From Leucoraja ocellata (lineage: Eukaryota): DNA of 64,000 nucleotides. A program made the position numbers and the translations under genes. Position 1 is the first letter of the stretch; each line of letters begins with the position of its first letter. The notes beneath the pieces are model-generated. The model searched no databases. It was given only the letters and a program-made list of their open reading frames with translations, and was not told where the DNA came from. The stretch covers positions 6,448,001-6,512,000 of the forward strand of contig JAWMAR010000030.1 in the NCBI GenBank assembly GCA_036785375.1. The letters are read 5' to 3'. Shown piece after piece: positions 13,200 through 24,370 of this stretch.

Positions 13200-13505
13200 A
13201 GAGCCTGTCCCACTGTACGAGGTAATTCAAGAGCTCTTCCGAGTTTTAAAAAATCAAACTCGTGATAAGTACGTAGAATGTACATAGTGGCTACGTCGGA
13301 GCTCGTAGATGTCTTGTAGCGGCTCGTAACGCTAACGGCAGGTACTCGGGGAAGCGCGGTAACTCGGGAAGTTTTTTCAGCACTGTGAAAAATGTCCACG
13401 AGAGCCCCGAGTACCTACGAACGTCTATTAATCTAATTATCCGAGTTCGAATCAGGAGAAACTCGGGAGAACTCTTGAATTACCTAGTACAGTGGGACAG
13501 GCCCT
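13200..13505. mobile_element. Complete 306-bp MITE, PIF/Harbinger-like
   Basis: 47-bp terminal inverted repeats with 4 mismatches (AGAGCCTGTCCCACTGTAC.../...GTACAGTGGGACAGGCCCT); TAA on both sides (13197-13199, 13506-13508); no transposase. Confidence 0.85.
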
Positions 13506-14329
13506 TAAGTGTGGAGAAGGGTACAAAGCAGTCCCACCTTCTAGGCCATCAGTGGGAAGTGCTGGCCTGCTCTCACCCCAAGCCCTTGTTGAAGGCTAAA
13601 AAGAGATAGCAATTGATTCTTAACAGGAGGCATAATACAAGATACAAGGTGTTCCTTTAGGAAATATAACAGGTGTTTACGCTGTCCCCCCTAATGCTAA
13701 ATAGTCAGTATTTCACACAATTTTAACTTGCTTTACATAGATGCTCCCTGACCTATTGAACATTTCCAGTTTGTCTTTGTTTTTATTTCAGATTTTCCAC
13801 ATCTGACGTTTTATTGAATGTAATTGTATTTCAGTTTTGATAAAGGATGTAGAGAATTTTTAATTTCATTTCATATAATAATCATCCATACCTTAGTAGT
13901 GAAAGCCCCAGTATTATTTTTATTTGTCCTTCAAGAATGACTTTGATACTTGAAACTAAATTGCATAAGAAGTTGATTAAAGGAGAAAAAGGAAAAGTAA
14001 TCGGGCTTTAATCACACAATTATCAGGCCCATTTTTAATCAGACATAAGAATTAGGAGGAACTAGCCTCCTTGTGCCTGGTTTGCTGTTCAAAAAAACAA
14101 TGGTTAACATTTTGCCTCCCTTAATTTATTTAAAATCAAGAAATATATCCATCTGCTGCTAACCGCTAAAATCCCAAAAATTGTTGTAGCTTAAAGTATC
14201 AAGAATAATAGAGACGGGAAGTGCCATTAAATCTTTCCGGTGGGTTTAGTCCTGCACTTCAGTAAAACACAGCTGAAACTTTATCCTTGCAGATGGTAGA
14301 GATTTACACTTGTAAAAAGCATTTACAAT

Positions 14330-14690
14330 GTGAGTGTATAGGAAATGAAATAGAATCAGCACATGGAGATGAAGGCAAGTATTTCACAGTTGTAATAGTT
14401 TTCACAAATCCAGTGAATGAAAAGTGTTTGGAAGCAATAAATGCAGTGTAACCACTAGGGAATCAGTGACCTACTTGCACCAAACAGGTTCTGATTAAAA
14501 CGTTGTGGGATACACACCTAAGTAACCTCCTTTATTGATATTGATGGGATGAGAATTAGCAGTGTGTGAAGTAAATAGTATTTGTGGTTGATTAATCCTC
14601 AAATAGTGCCACAGGATTTTCAATGCGTTCTGAAGAAAGTTGTGTTGTAAAAGACAGCACTTCCAAATGTTTAGCACTCCTTCAGGGCCA
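14330..14690 (-). mobile_element. Ancient Deu-domain SINE-like remnant
   Basis: aaatagtgccacaggattttc...aaagacagcacttcc...gcactccttcag is antisense to the Deu core. Confidence 0.4.
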
Positions 14691-15112
14691 GGTAAAAACG
14701 TTATTATTGCTCATCTCCAGACAAACTTATAATCATTGTTGATGGCACTCAAGTCTATTAGTCTGACACCTAAAGGATGAATTGCAAGGAAAAATCAGTG
14801 GTGCACAAGCTAAAGAAAGAAGTAGTAAGCTGCTTTATAAAAGTATATAAAATATTAATCCGTTAGCATTAAACTGTACGTTAGAGAACTGGCCAGTGGT
14901 GAAATCTGTTTTTAATAAGTTAAAGTAAATGCAAGAAAATGTCATGAAGAAATGCTGTTACTAAACAGTGATTAATGCTCACAATAAGTCACCAGCCTCT
15001 GGTGAATTAATAGAATGAGATTGAGGGAAGACCCGTGTAAAGTGATGAAATGAACTCATTTCTTCTTTGATCATTATGATGTCACATAACACTCCATTGT
15101 AGAGATTATCGC

Positions 15113-15250
15113 AATGGGTCTGAAGAAAGATTCCGACCTGAATGGTCACTTATTCCTTTTATCCAGAGATGTTGCCGGACCCGCTGAGTTACTCCAGCAT
15201 TTTATGTCAATCCTCGGTATAAACCAACATCTGCAGTTCCTTCGTACACA
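15113..15250 (+). mobile_element. Penelope-derived hammerhead-bearing short element
   Basis: AATGGGT-CTGAAGA...GAAT-GGTC-ACTTATT (7-bp stem I possible) followed by the family tail ...ccagcattt...catctgcagttccttc. Confidence 0.75.
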
Positions 15251-15974
15251 ATGTAATCGCCGTTAGTTGTCAATAAACAAAATGGTAGTCGACTTTGAAA
15301 GCATCAGCTGAAGGCCAGGACCTTGCACTTTTATCTTACGATTGCAGTTCCAATGTTAAATGTTGACAGAAATAAAATGGAAACAAAATACAGGCTGAGT
15401 GCATATAAACAAGGATTTTAATACCCGAATAGATGGAGATTTTGTCAATTCATACAGGCAGAACGGTTTTGGTTTGTTTTTGTTTGGTTGATTGGTTGCC
15501 TTTCTTTTTAGTGTTGATTTATTTAAAATGAAAAAAAAGTAAAAAAAAAAAAAAGATTGGTTGCCTTTACATTATTATGGTGAAGATCAGTGATCAGGAT
15601 CTCGCACAGACTTTCCGCGGATTTCCACACAAACATATTGGTCACTGCACTTCAATTAACTGAAAGCGAATTTATCGCTATCACAAAATGCATTTTCCTC
15701 CCTCTGAGGCCATACATATCTTAGCACTCTTTAAGCGTTTATATTTATGACAGAAACACAGATTCTGAACAATAATGTAACTTCACATTTCATATTTTCT
15801 AAATAAGTTTTAACTTTTCTGTTTCCAGCACAATCTTATTCACCAAAAAGTATTACTTTCTGACACCTATTTTCTGCATGACTAACATGGCAAGGCTAGC
15901 AGTTGAACAGTGCCATTTGCTCAGAATTGAGGTAATAATCAATATGTAAATCCAGCCTGAAGTGCTGAATAGAG

Positions 15975-16180
15975 CAAAATACAAAATGCTGGATGAACTC
16001 AGCGTGCCAGGCAACAACTGTGGAGGGAATGGACAAGCGACATTTAAGATTAGGATCTTTCTTCAGACCCAACACGAAACATTGTCTGTCCATTCCCTCC
16101 ACATGCTGCCTGATCGCTGAATTCCTCCAGCATTTCTGTTTTGCTCAAGATTCCAACATCTGCGGTTTCTTGTATCTCCA
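15975..16180. mobile_element. Inverted pair of Penelope-derived 3'-end fragments
   Basis: aaaatgctggatgaactcagc...gtggagggaatggaca followed by tgtccattccctccac...gctgaattcctccagcattt. Confidence 0.7.
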
Positions 16181-18606
16181 TTGTGCTGAAGATAAAAATG
16201 CTTGGACTTTCATAGGAACAAATAACTTTGGCGAAGTTGCAATCATTGATAATTTTGTTTTGCGTGGAGATATTTTAAGACCTCTATCCAATCAGCTAGA
16301 CTCAGCCATCTACTTTCTGGAGTTTAAAAAACATTATTTATAGGCTGTTCTAGCAGCAATGTTCTCTTTACACTGCAGACATCCTTATGAATCTTCTCTG
16401 TGGTGTTTCCAATGTCACCTTGTTCATTTTTACAAAATGGTGGCAAAATCTGTCTGCAGTCATGCAGTTTCTCTGTTGTGTTTACCTGTTATCCAGTGAT
16501 CAGCAGCTACAAAGTGATAGCTTGCCTTGTGCCTGGTGGTACCGCTTTGGTGATCAGATATTCCCTCATTTCTCTGTTTTATCCAACTTACTGGAGCTAT
16601 CCATTTAAATGTAGCATCAGTATAAACAAAACTCATACCTGTCAATTAGATTAATTTTGAGAAGGGAAGGCACTGGACAATATCTGCTGTTAAAATCCTC
16701 GTCTTTCTGGCATTATCTTGATGTGGCAAAATTAAGCAGATTAGGATAAGCTGATCAGAAACCATAAAAACTATTTTAAAAAACTGTGTTCTAATTGTTG
16801 TTTTCTCTTCCAATTCATTGTGGCTTGCTGGGAACAAAGCAGCCACCAGATTTGGCTATCTAGCACTTGAAAACAATTGAAGTGTGAAATGCTTGATTGC
16901 CTCTTGAGGGATATGATAATATTTAGTCGAAGTGAAAGATTGGTAGATGATTTTGCCTTGTTTTTGGTTCAATATTTTATCTTCAGCTTGTTGTAAAGAT
17001 AACCCTTTGCGAGATGACTACAGTGACTTGATACATAAACAAAGATTATATCGGTAACAGAAATTATTACTAGGAAGCCAATAGAGAATGTTTCTGGGCT
17101 TTATATGCCAATTGAAGTGGAAATTCAAAATGAGGGTTTTCTTCAAACACAACATGTCTTTAGCCAGTCATTCGGTACAATTTACTTGCATTGTAGTTCA
17201 AGTACCCACAACCTTGTGGCTACAATTTGTACAAAAAAAAAATGGGAAGAGAATGAAAATAATCGATGATCAATTGTTAATTTAAGAGAAGTCAACTAGA
17301 TATTAAAATGAACTTCTGTGAAGAAATGCTGTTTAGAGGAATACACAAACTTGGTGGCTTGAGAACAGTCGTCATAACGTTTTGCGACCTCTATCTCAAT
17401 TTTAGAGTTATCAAGTTTGTGATATTGGTCATTGTTATAGTGGACCATATTTGTAATTGGCTGTTACCACCTCAATGTTTCATTTGAAATAAGATCACTA
17501 ATTTCAATAATGAATTTAATGTCATCTTAAAAAGAAAATATCCTTAAGGCACAGTTTAATGAGATGGTAACATATTGGATACACCAACACAATGGTTGAA
17601 GGTAGAAGACTAATGACATTAATTGCATTGTTAACAATGTTTATTGTAAATTACAGGTAATAATAATGACACCATGATCATATTGCAATCTCCTGGACAG
17701 TGTGGAACTGTTATTACATTCTGCAGTGAAGCTATTTACTGAATTAAGAATGATTACAGGAGGATGGTGCATTAAATACATTGCCAGGAGACTTTATATC
17801 AATAGAACACGATACAGATGGAAAGTTCAGTATAAGTAGTAGATTACACAGGGGAGCTTGTAAATTAAGCAATAAATTAGGAAACAGTAGTGTATATGTA
17901 AAGTGTTATATTACTGTAGGAAGAAACCCTTGTACAGAAACTTTAAATACTATATTGTGTCTATTTAACACTGTCAAACAAAGAGTTCTGTGTACTCAGC
18001 TGTACAATACATGGAAACGTCTGTACACTCAACACTTCATTGCATGGAGAACTTATACACCGGTATATACTAGACAGTACAGCCTCTGTGGTCTGTTTAT
18101 AATGTACATCCTTGATGAAAATGTTGCTTACAAAATTGAAACCCTCTAGTTATAAAGTTAAATTTCCTTTCAACTGAGGCATTGCCAAATACTCTAATAA
18201 ATGCAGTTCATTGTTTGTGATGTCACTGCCCATGTCCTTGTCTTTCTTTGTCTCTCCCTTTTCATTGGCTGGTGCAAGGAATTGAGGATGTTGTCCATTA
18301 CTTCTATGATAAAGTGTGGTATGGTATAACACAAAATAATCCCCGCTGATTGCATGCTGCACGAGTGGTACAACCATGCATGCGTAAACTTGTGTGGTCA
18401 GTGATTGATGAAATTCTGGCTGATTTTTGTGTGCTCATGTATAACATACACTTGCATATATACGCTGCAATTGTCTGTGGGCAATAACATGGCTCAGCAG
18501 GCCCATAACGTAACATTGTATAATCAGATCTTAACATCACTGTGAAAAATGGCATTGGAACAGTGTGAAGACAAGCAAATGAGATAGATTTGAGAGCAAA
18601 TGAGAT

Positions 18607-18727
18607 TGAAGAAGGGGCTCGACCCAAAACGACACCCATTCCTTTTCTCCAGTGATGCTGCCTGTCCCGCTGAGTTACTCCAGCAATTTGTATTTATAAA
18701 CCAGCATCTGCAGTTCCTTCCTACACA
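18607..18727 (+). mobile_element. Penelope-derived hammerhead-bearing short element
   Basis: tgaagaaggggctcgacccaaaacgacacccattcc...gatgctgcctgtcccgctgagttactccagc. Confidence 0.75.
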
Positions 18728-18754
18728 TTGAATTTTTTATAGTTGTACCCACTA

Positions 18755-19062
18755 GGGCGGCATGGTGACTCAGCAGTAGAGTTGCTGATTTACAGCGCCA
18801 GAGACCTGGGTTCGATCCTGACCACGGGTGCTTGTCCGTACAGAGTTTGTACATTCTCCCATGAACTGCATGGGTTTTCTCCGGGATCTCCGGTTTCCTC
18901 CCACACTCCAAAGACGTACAAGTTTGTGGATTAATTGGCTTGGTATAATTATAAATAGTCCCTGGTGTGTGTAGGATAGTGTTAATGTGCAGGGACTGCT
19001 GGTCAGCGCAGACTCGGTGGGCCGAATGGCATGTTTATGCACTGTATCTCTAAAACTAAAAA
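18755..19062 (+). mobile_element. HE1-type tRNA-derived V-SINE, full length
   Basis: tRNA-like head with B box gggttcgatcc, V-domain ccggtttcctcccacactccaaagac, CR1-like tail ending taaaactaaa. Confidence 0.9.
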
Positions 19063-19799
19063 CCTAGACATATTTTGCACTGAATTAAGACAGTGTTAAT
19101 GTCCACTCAATTAAGGACTGTAAGATGCTAATAGATGACACTGATAATGATGACATCTCATTTCCTCAGCTGAGCGACTGTGATTCACTGTCCTTTATCC
19201 ATTAGATTCTCTTTTAAAGTATACAGACAATGAGAAGGAAAGGGCATAGCAACAGCAAAAGGGAAGAACATAACCAATAAATTTGTGAATTTTAAGAATC
19301 TAGAATAGGGCACCATTGTGAATTGCCGGTTTTGAATCTGTGCCTTTAAACTGGTATAGGCAAAATTTCCATTTTACCAGTAAAATAATGGGAAACAAGC
19401 ACCTCCTAATTGGAAAACCAGTAGCTTATAAATTTGATCGATTTCAGTGTAAAATCAAATTTGGTACATTTCATAATATCTGCCTGTGGCTACATTTGAC
19501 TTGAAAAGTGGTTAATATAATTAACAAAAGCAAATCTTCTGTGGGGTATTCAAGAAGTTAAAAAGAAATTCTAAAATACTTTTTTCAAGAACCAGTCTTA
19601 CGATTAAGTCAAAAGACATTTTGGGCAATATATTCAACAGGTCCTAATCATTGCAGAACTTGGCACTGTTTAATCATGAGTTGCTCTTTTGTAACTGCCT
19701 AAATAGTGTAAGGATGTTTTGGTATTTCTTATTGAAGGTACTTTTCATTATTTGCATAGCAGTCAATACAGGTTGATATCAAAATGTTTTTTAAGTCAA

Positions 19800-20170
19800 G
19801 TTTGATAAACAATGAAAGGCATCGATAGAGTGGATGTGGAGAGGATGTTTCCAGCAGTAGAAGAGTCTAGGACCAGAGGGCACAGTCTCAGAATAAAAGG
19901 ACGTACCTTTGGAATGGAGATGAGGAGGAATTTCTTTAGTGGTGAATCTGTGGAATTCATTGCCACAGACGGTGTCACGTGGAGACCAAGCCATTGGGCA
20001 TTTATAAAGCCGAGATTGATATGTTCTTGATTAATAAGTGCGTTAAAGGTTACAGGGAGAAGGCAGGAGAATGGTGTTGAGAAGGAAAAATAGTTTAGCC
20101 TTTATCAAATGGCGGAGCAGATTAGATGGACCGAATGGTCAAACTCTGCTCCTACAGGTATGTCGTATGA
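19800..20170 (+). mobile_element. CR1 3' fragment
   Basis: KGIDRVDVERMFP..ESRTRGHSLRIKG. Confidence 0.9.
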
Positions 20171-20559
20171 TCTTGCTGTCCACAAAAGATGTGTCTCACT
20201 ATCTATCGTAAAAATGCTGCTTATCAAACGTGGCCATTCATCACAGTCACACTGGTATCTTTCTCATGCCAACAGGTATGTCTTATGTCAGAGTACATTG
20301 AAAGTGATTATAAATGTGAGCACCCATATCTGAAGGGAATTGTGAGCATCCCCAAGAGGCAAAACAACAGGCAGATTGCTTTAAAATAACATATTACCAA
20401 ACAGTGTTACATAGCAAGTGTGTTATTGATTTCCATCATCTACTCCCAATTTGGAAACATTCTGGTCTGTGTGTGTAACCCACCCCTGCTTTGCATTGAT
20501 AGAGTCACCCCTTGATGTGTAAATGATTAGGATAAAGTAATAATTGGACTGGTTAATAA

Positions 20560-21350
20560 GTTTGCAAACACCAAGAAAATTTACAAAATTGTGGATAGTG
20601 GGGAAGACTGTCAAAGGATACAGAAGACTGTAGATCAGTTGAAAGTACGTGAGTTGAAATGGCAGGTGGACTTTAATCTATGCAAGTGTGCACTTCAAAT
20701 GATCAAATGTAAGAGGAAAGTATACAGTAAATGGCAGGACACTCAGGAACATTCATGTACGGAGAGATCTTAAGTGCAATTTGTGGCTCCTTAAAAGCGG
20801 TAATTAGGTGGGGTAGCAAAGTAGGCATATGGCACACATTCCATTATTAGTCAGGACATTGAGCTTTAAGTGGAGAAGTAATGTTACAGCTGTATAAAAC
20901 TTGGTTAAATATTGTGTGTAGTTCTGGTTGCTCCTTTACTTGGAACCTGGGAGATTTTGGCGAGAGTGCTAAAGTTTTGAATTGTTTTCTCTAGACCATC
21001 AGAGGCTGAAGGACTGGGAGTATATAAAATTATGAAATAGTCAGTCTTTGGAAATGTCAAATACCAAAAGGCATCCATTTAAGGTTAGATGCGTGAATTT
21101 TAAAGATTTGCAAGGTTTGTTTTTTACACACAGAATAGTAGGTGCCTGGAATCCGCTGCCAGGAGAGGTAGTGAAACATGAAATGATTGCAATATTTAAG
21201 AAGCATTTAGACAGACATATAAACAGGCAGGGGATGGGGAGATGTAAACCATATGCTGGCAGGTAAGATTAGCTTAAATTGGCATCATACTCAGCACAGA
21301 TATTGTTGACTGTCAGTCCTGATCCTGTGCTGGTACTGTTCTGTATTTTA
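20560..21350 (+). mobile_element. Older CR1 fragment
   Basis: DSGEDCQRIQ..DQL..KWQVDFN; FFTHRIVGAWNPLP; tail ctgtgctggtactgttctgt. Confidence 0.8.
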
Positions 21351-21739
21351 TGTATGCATTTAGTCTAATCTCTGCATTGCTACCTAATTCCTTTTTATTT
21401 AATATTGTAACCAATATGCTTCACTATTTTCTCAACTGCCTTAGCACAGTTTCTCCATTTCTCATTTTATTTGATAGTTTTTCTGTACAAATTGCATTCT
21501 GTTAATATTTTAAATTAGAATATTAATGCCATATGCAAATCATAAGTTAATATGAGATGCAGCATTTGTAAGTGTGCACAAGGTATGATAATGTTAAGAT
21601 GTTTCCTTCCCCAATTCTGATCATGTAGAAATGAAAAGGGTCGGATGGCACAGATGCTTTCAGGTCTGTCCCTGCCCCTGCCCCCTCCCCTCCCCCCCCC
21701 CCCCCCCACCCCCCACCAGTCCGCCCTTCTCCACAGACG

Positions 21740-21906
21740 NNNNNNNNNNNNNNNNNNNNNNNNNNNNNNNNNNNNNNNNNNNNNNNNNNNNNNNNNNNNN
21801 NNNNNNNNNNNNNNNNNNNNNNNNNNNNNNNNNNNNNNNNNNNNNNNNNNNNNNNNNNNNNNNNNNNNNNNNNNNNNNNNNNNNNNNNNNNNNNNNNNNN
21901 NNNNNN
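21740..21906. other. Assembly gap (167 N) after a poly-C tract
   Basis: Run of N in the sequence. Confidence 1.
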
Positions 21907-22819
21907 TAACCAACTGTAGCCATGAAATCAGAATTGGACAACTGGAAATATCATCAAATAGGGCCTGAAAAACACATTTTCATTTTATATTCAATCCATA
22001 CCGATTTTCAGTGAAGTGTTAATCAAAAATTGATAAAATATTGTATAAATTAGTCATAATTGTTGGGAAAACTTCAGAAACCATTTTCAAAGATCTCGCA
22101 AAATTATCTGCTTTTATTCAAACACTAATGAACATTTCCAACATGTTCCAATTTGTTTTAATACCAAAAGCATTAATCTAAAGCCAAAATACATCAGTGA
22201 AAGGAAAAGTAAAACATATTTCCGTCATGGTACGAATGTAAAATTAGCCTTGCTTTGAGCATTTCCATGCTTTGAGTTAGCAAATTTAAGAAAACGTTTT
22301 CAAATTGTAGATACAAAATTGATGATCTAAGAGAATTGCTCATTGGTTTGCACTTTCATTAGTGACATTGTCAGCACACTGGCAGAATGATATTAAAACC
22401 ATCTAAGGGACATAATGTACCTATTAAAGCACACTCAGGTAATGTTAGATAATTTATAATGCATTATATCCAGTCCTTCCAATATGGCTGATAAAAGGCA
22501 GACATCTGTTTGCTGAGTGGATTCATTTTCTCAATGCAAGAAATTCTTGCCATCAAGCAGTGGGGGCTCAACAGGCTGTTAATTTGCTGGAACAGGTTCA
22601 GGATAGATGGAGTGCAGCTGGCTGCTGCTTCAATTTCAGTATGTAAATGGAAGTTTACATTGTCTCCTCTGAGCTCCCACCCCAGTGCAAACCTTGTTAA
22701 AATAGCTCCCTGGCAGTTCCTCCACTGGCAGGCGTGAACTTCGTTGAATAAAATCATATAGACAAATCAAAATGTAAGCTTATTAAACTTAGAAATATAC
22801 CCATTTTATATCCTTATAA

Positions 22820-23150
22820 ACTAGTCCCATTTTCCCATGTTTGCTCCGTCCTTCTAAACCTTTCCTATCAATATACCTATCCAAGAGTCTTATAAATTCT
22901 ATTATAGTGCCTCAACTACCAATCTGAAGAAGGGTCTCGACCCAAAAAGTCATCCATTCCCTTCTATCCAGAGATGCTGCCTGTCCTGCTGTGTTACTCC
23001 AGCATTATCAGTGTAAATCAGCATCTACAGTTCCCCCCTACACTACTCAACTACCGTCACTGTCAGATTGTTCCGTGTACCCACTACCCTCTGAGTGAAA
23101 ATGTTGCCACTCAGATTCCTATTGAATCTTGCTTCTCTCACCTAAATACT
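22820..23150 (-). mobile_element. CR1 3' fragment interrupted by a Penelope-derived insert
   Basis: tagtcccatttt...ctaaacctttcctatc...cccactaccctctgagtgaaaatgttgcc antisense CR1 tail. Confidence 0.7.
22921..23045 (+). mobile_element. Penelope-derived hammerhead-bearing insertion with 10-bp TSD
   Basis: ctcaactacc at 22911-22920 and 23046-23055; CTGAAGA-A-GGGTC-TC-GACCC-AAAAA-GTC. Confidence 0.8.
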
Positions 23151-24054
23151 GTGGACAGTGCTTTGTGAAATCTTCATATAACTAACGTTATTCAATAAGA
23201 CAACAGGCACAGTGACAGTTATAACAAGTTAGTAATTACGATTAATTTTATCCTCAAATGTTTCAAGAGTCTGTTTCCGTTAGTTTTATTGCACCCAGGC
23301 AATTCTGGAAAATACTTACATTACCTTTCAGCTCCTTGTGCTTTCACACATTAACCATGCACAGCTGCTGCACACTAGTCAGTTGGCCAGGGAGAGGTAT
23401 TTGGACAGAGAGGTGTGAGATAAGCTGCAAAAGATATTGGTTTGAACGAACATAGTGGAATAGGTTGGGTTTTTTGATTGCTCAGCAGCAAGTTAAATCC
23501 TCTTTGATTTGAACCAGACAGTCGAATATTCGCGAGTAAAAGGAAAACTGAATAAATATAAAGTAAAACCATTAGTGTAAGATACACACACGCATTTCAG
23601 CCATGTCCTTTTCTGGTGGTTTAAGTATAAACAGAACAAAAACATTTAAGAATCTGTTAGATCAGCATTTCAAAAATTGAGACTTGTCAGAATTCAGTTC
23701 CAAAGTGAGAATGCCATAAGCAATCCTTTATATTTTACACAATGTAGAAACTCTCACAGGCCTTAATCTGGCATCTGCTATGACTGCTATTATTAAACCG
23801 TCTGCTTTATAAGCACCAAAGGCTTAAATTCCTACTGCTGATCAGAGGAAATTACTTGACAAGTAGAATATCCCTATAAACTATAAGGTTGTGGAGTGTT
23901 ATTGTTTTTTACATCGTTATTGGTAGATTAACTATCCACAAATGTTTGGTTTTAGCAATAGTCATACCTTTAATTTCTGCATTACTCCTAGCATGAGCAC
24001 AATCATCACAGTTTTGCCAAATGGAGAGTGGGGAGAAGGGAAAGTAGAGGAACA

Positions 24055-24370
24055 TAATGAATCAGAGTAGGGGAATCAAGAACCAGAGGACATATGTTTA
24101 AGGTGAGGGGGGAAAGATTTAATAGGAACCTGAGGGGTAACTTATTCACACACCAGGGGTGGTGGTTGTATGGAACGAGCTGCTGGAGGAGGTAGTTGTG
24201 CCAGGCATTATTGCAACATTTTAGAAATGTTTAGACTGGTACATGGATAGAACAGGTTTAGAGGGATATGGGCCAAACGCAGGCAGGAGAGACTAGTGTA
24301 GATGGGACCTGTTGGCTGGTGTGGGCAAGTTGGGCCGAAGGGCCTGTTTCCACACTGAAATACTCTATGA
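24055..24370 (+). mobile_element. CR1/HER1 3' fragment
   Basis: agaaccagaggacatatgtttaaggtgagggggg...gggccgaagggcctgtttccacactg. Confidence 0.85.

Noticed and set aside
18755-18830. tRNA gene
   Set aside because: The tRNA-like head continues into V-SINE body and tail; no cloverleaf. The same applies to the other HE1 copies.
21515-21968. Pro/Gly-rich ORFs
   Set aside because: Artefacts of a poly-C tract and the N gap.
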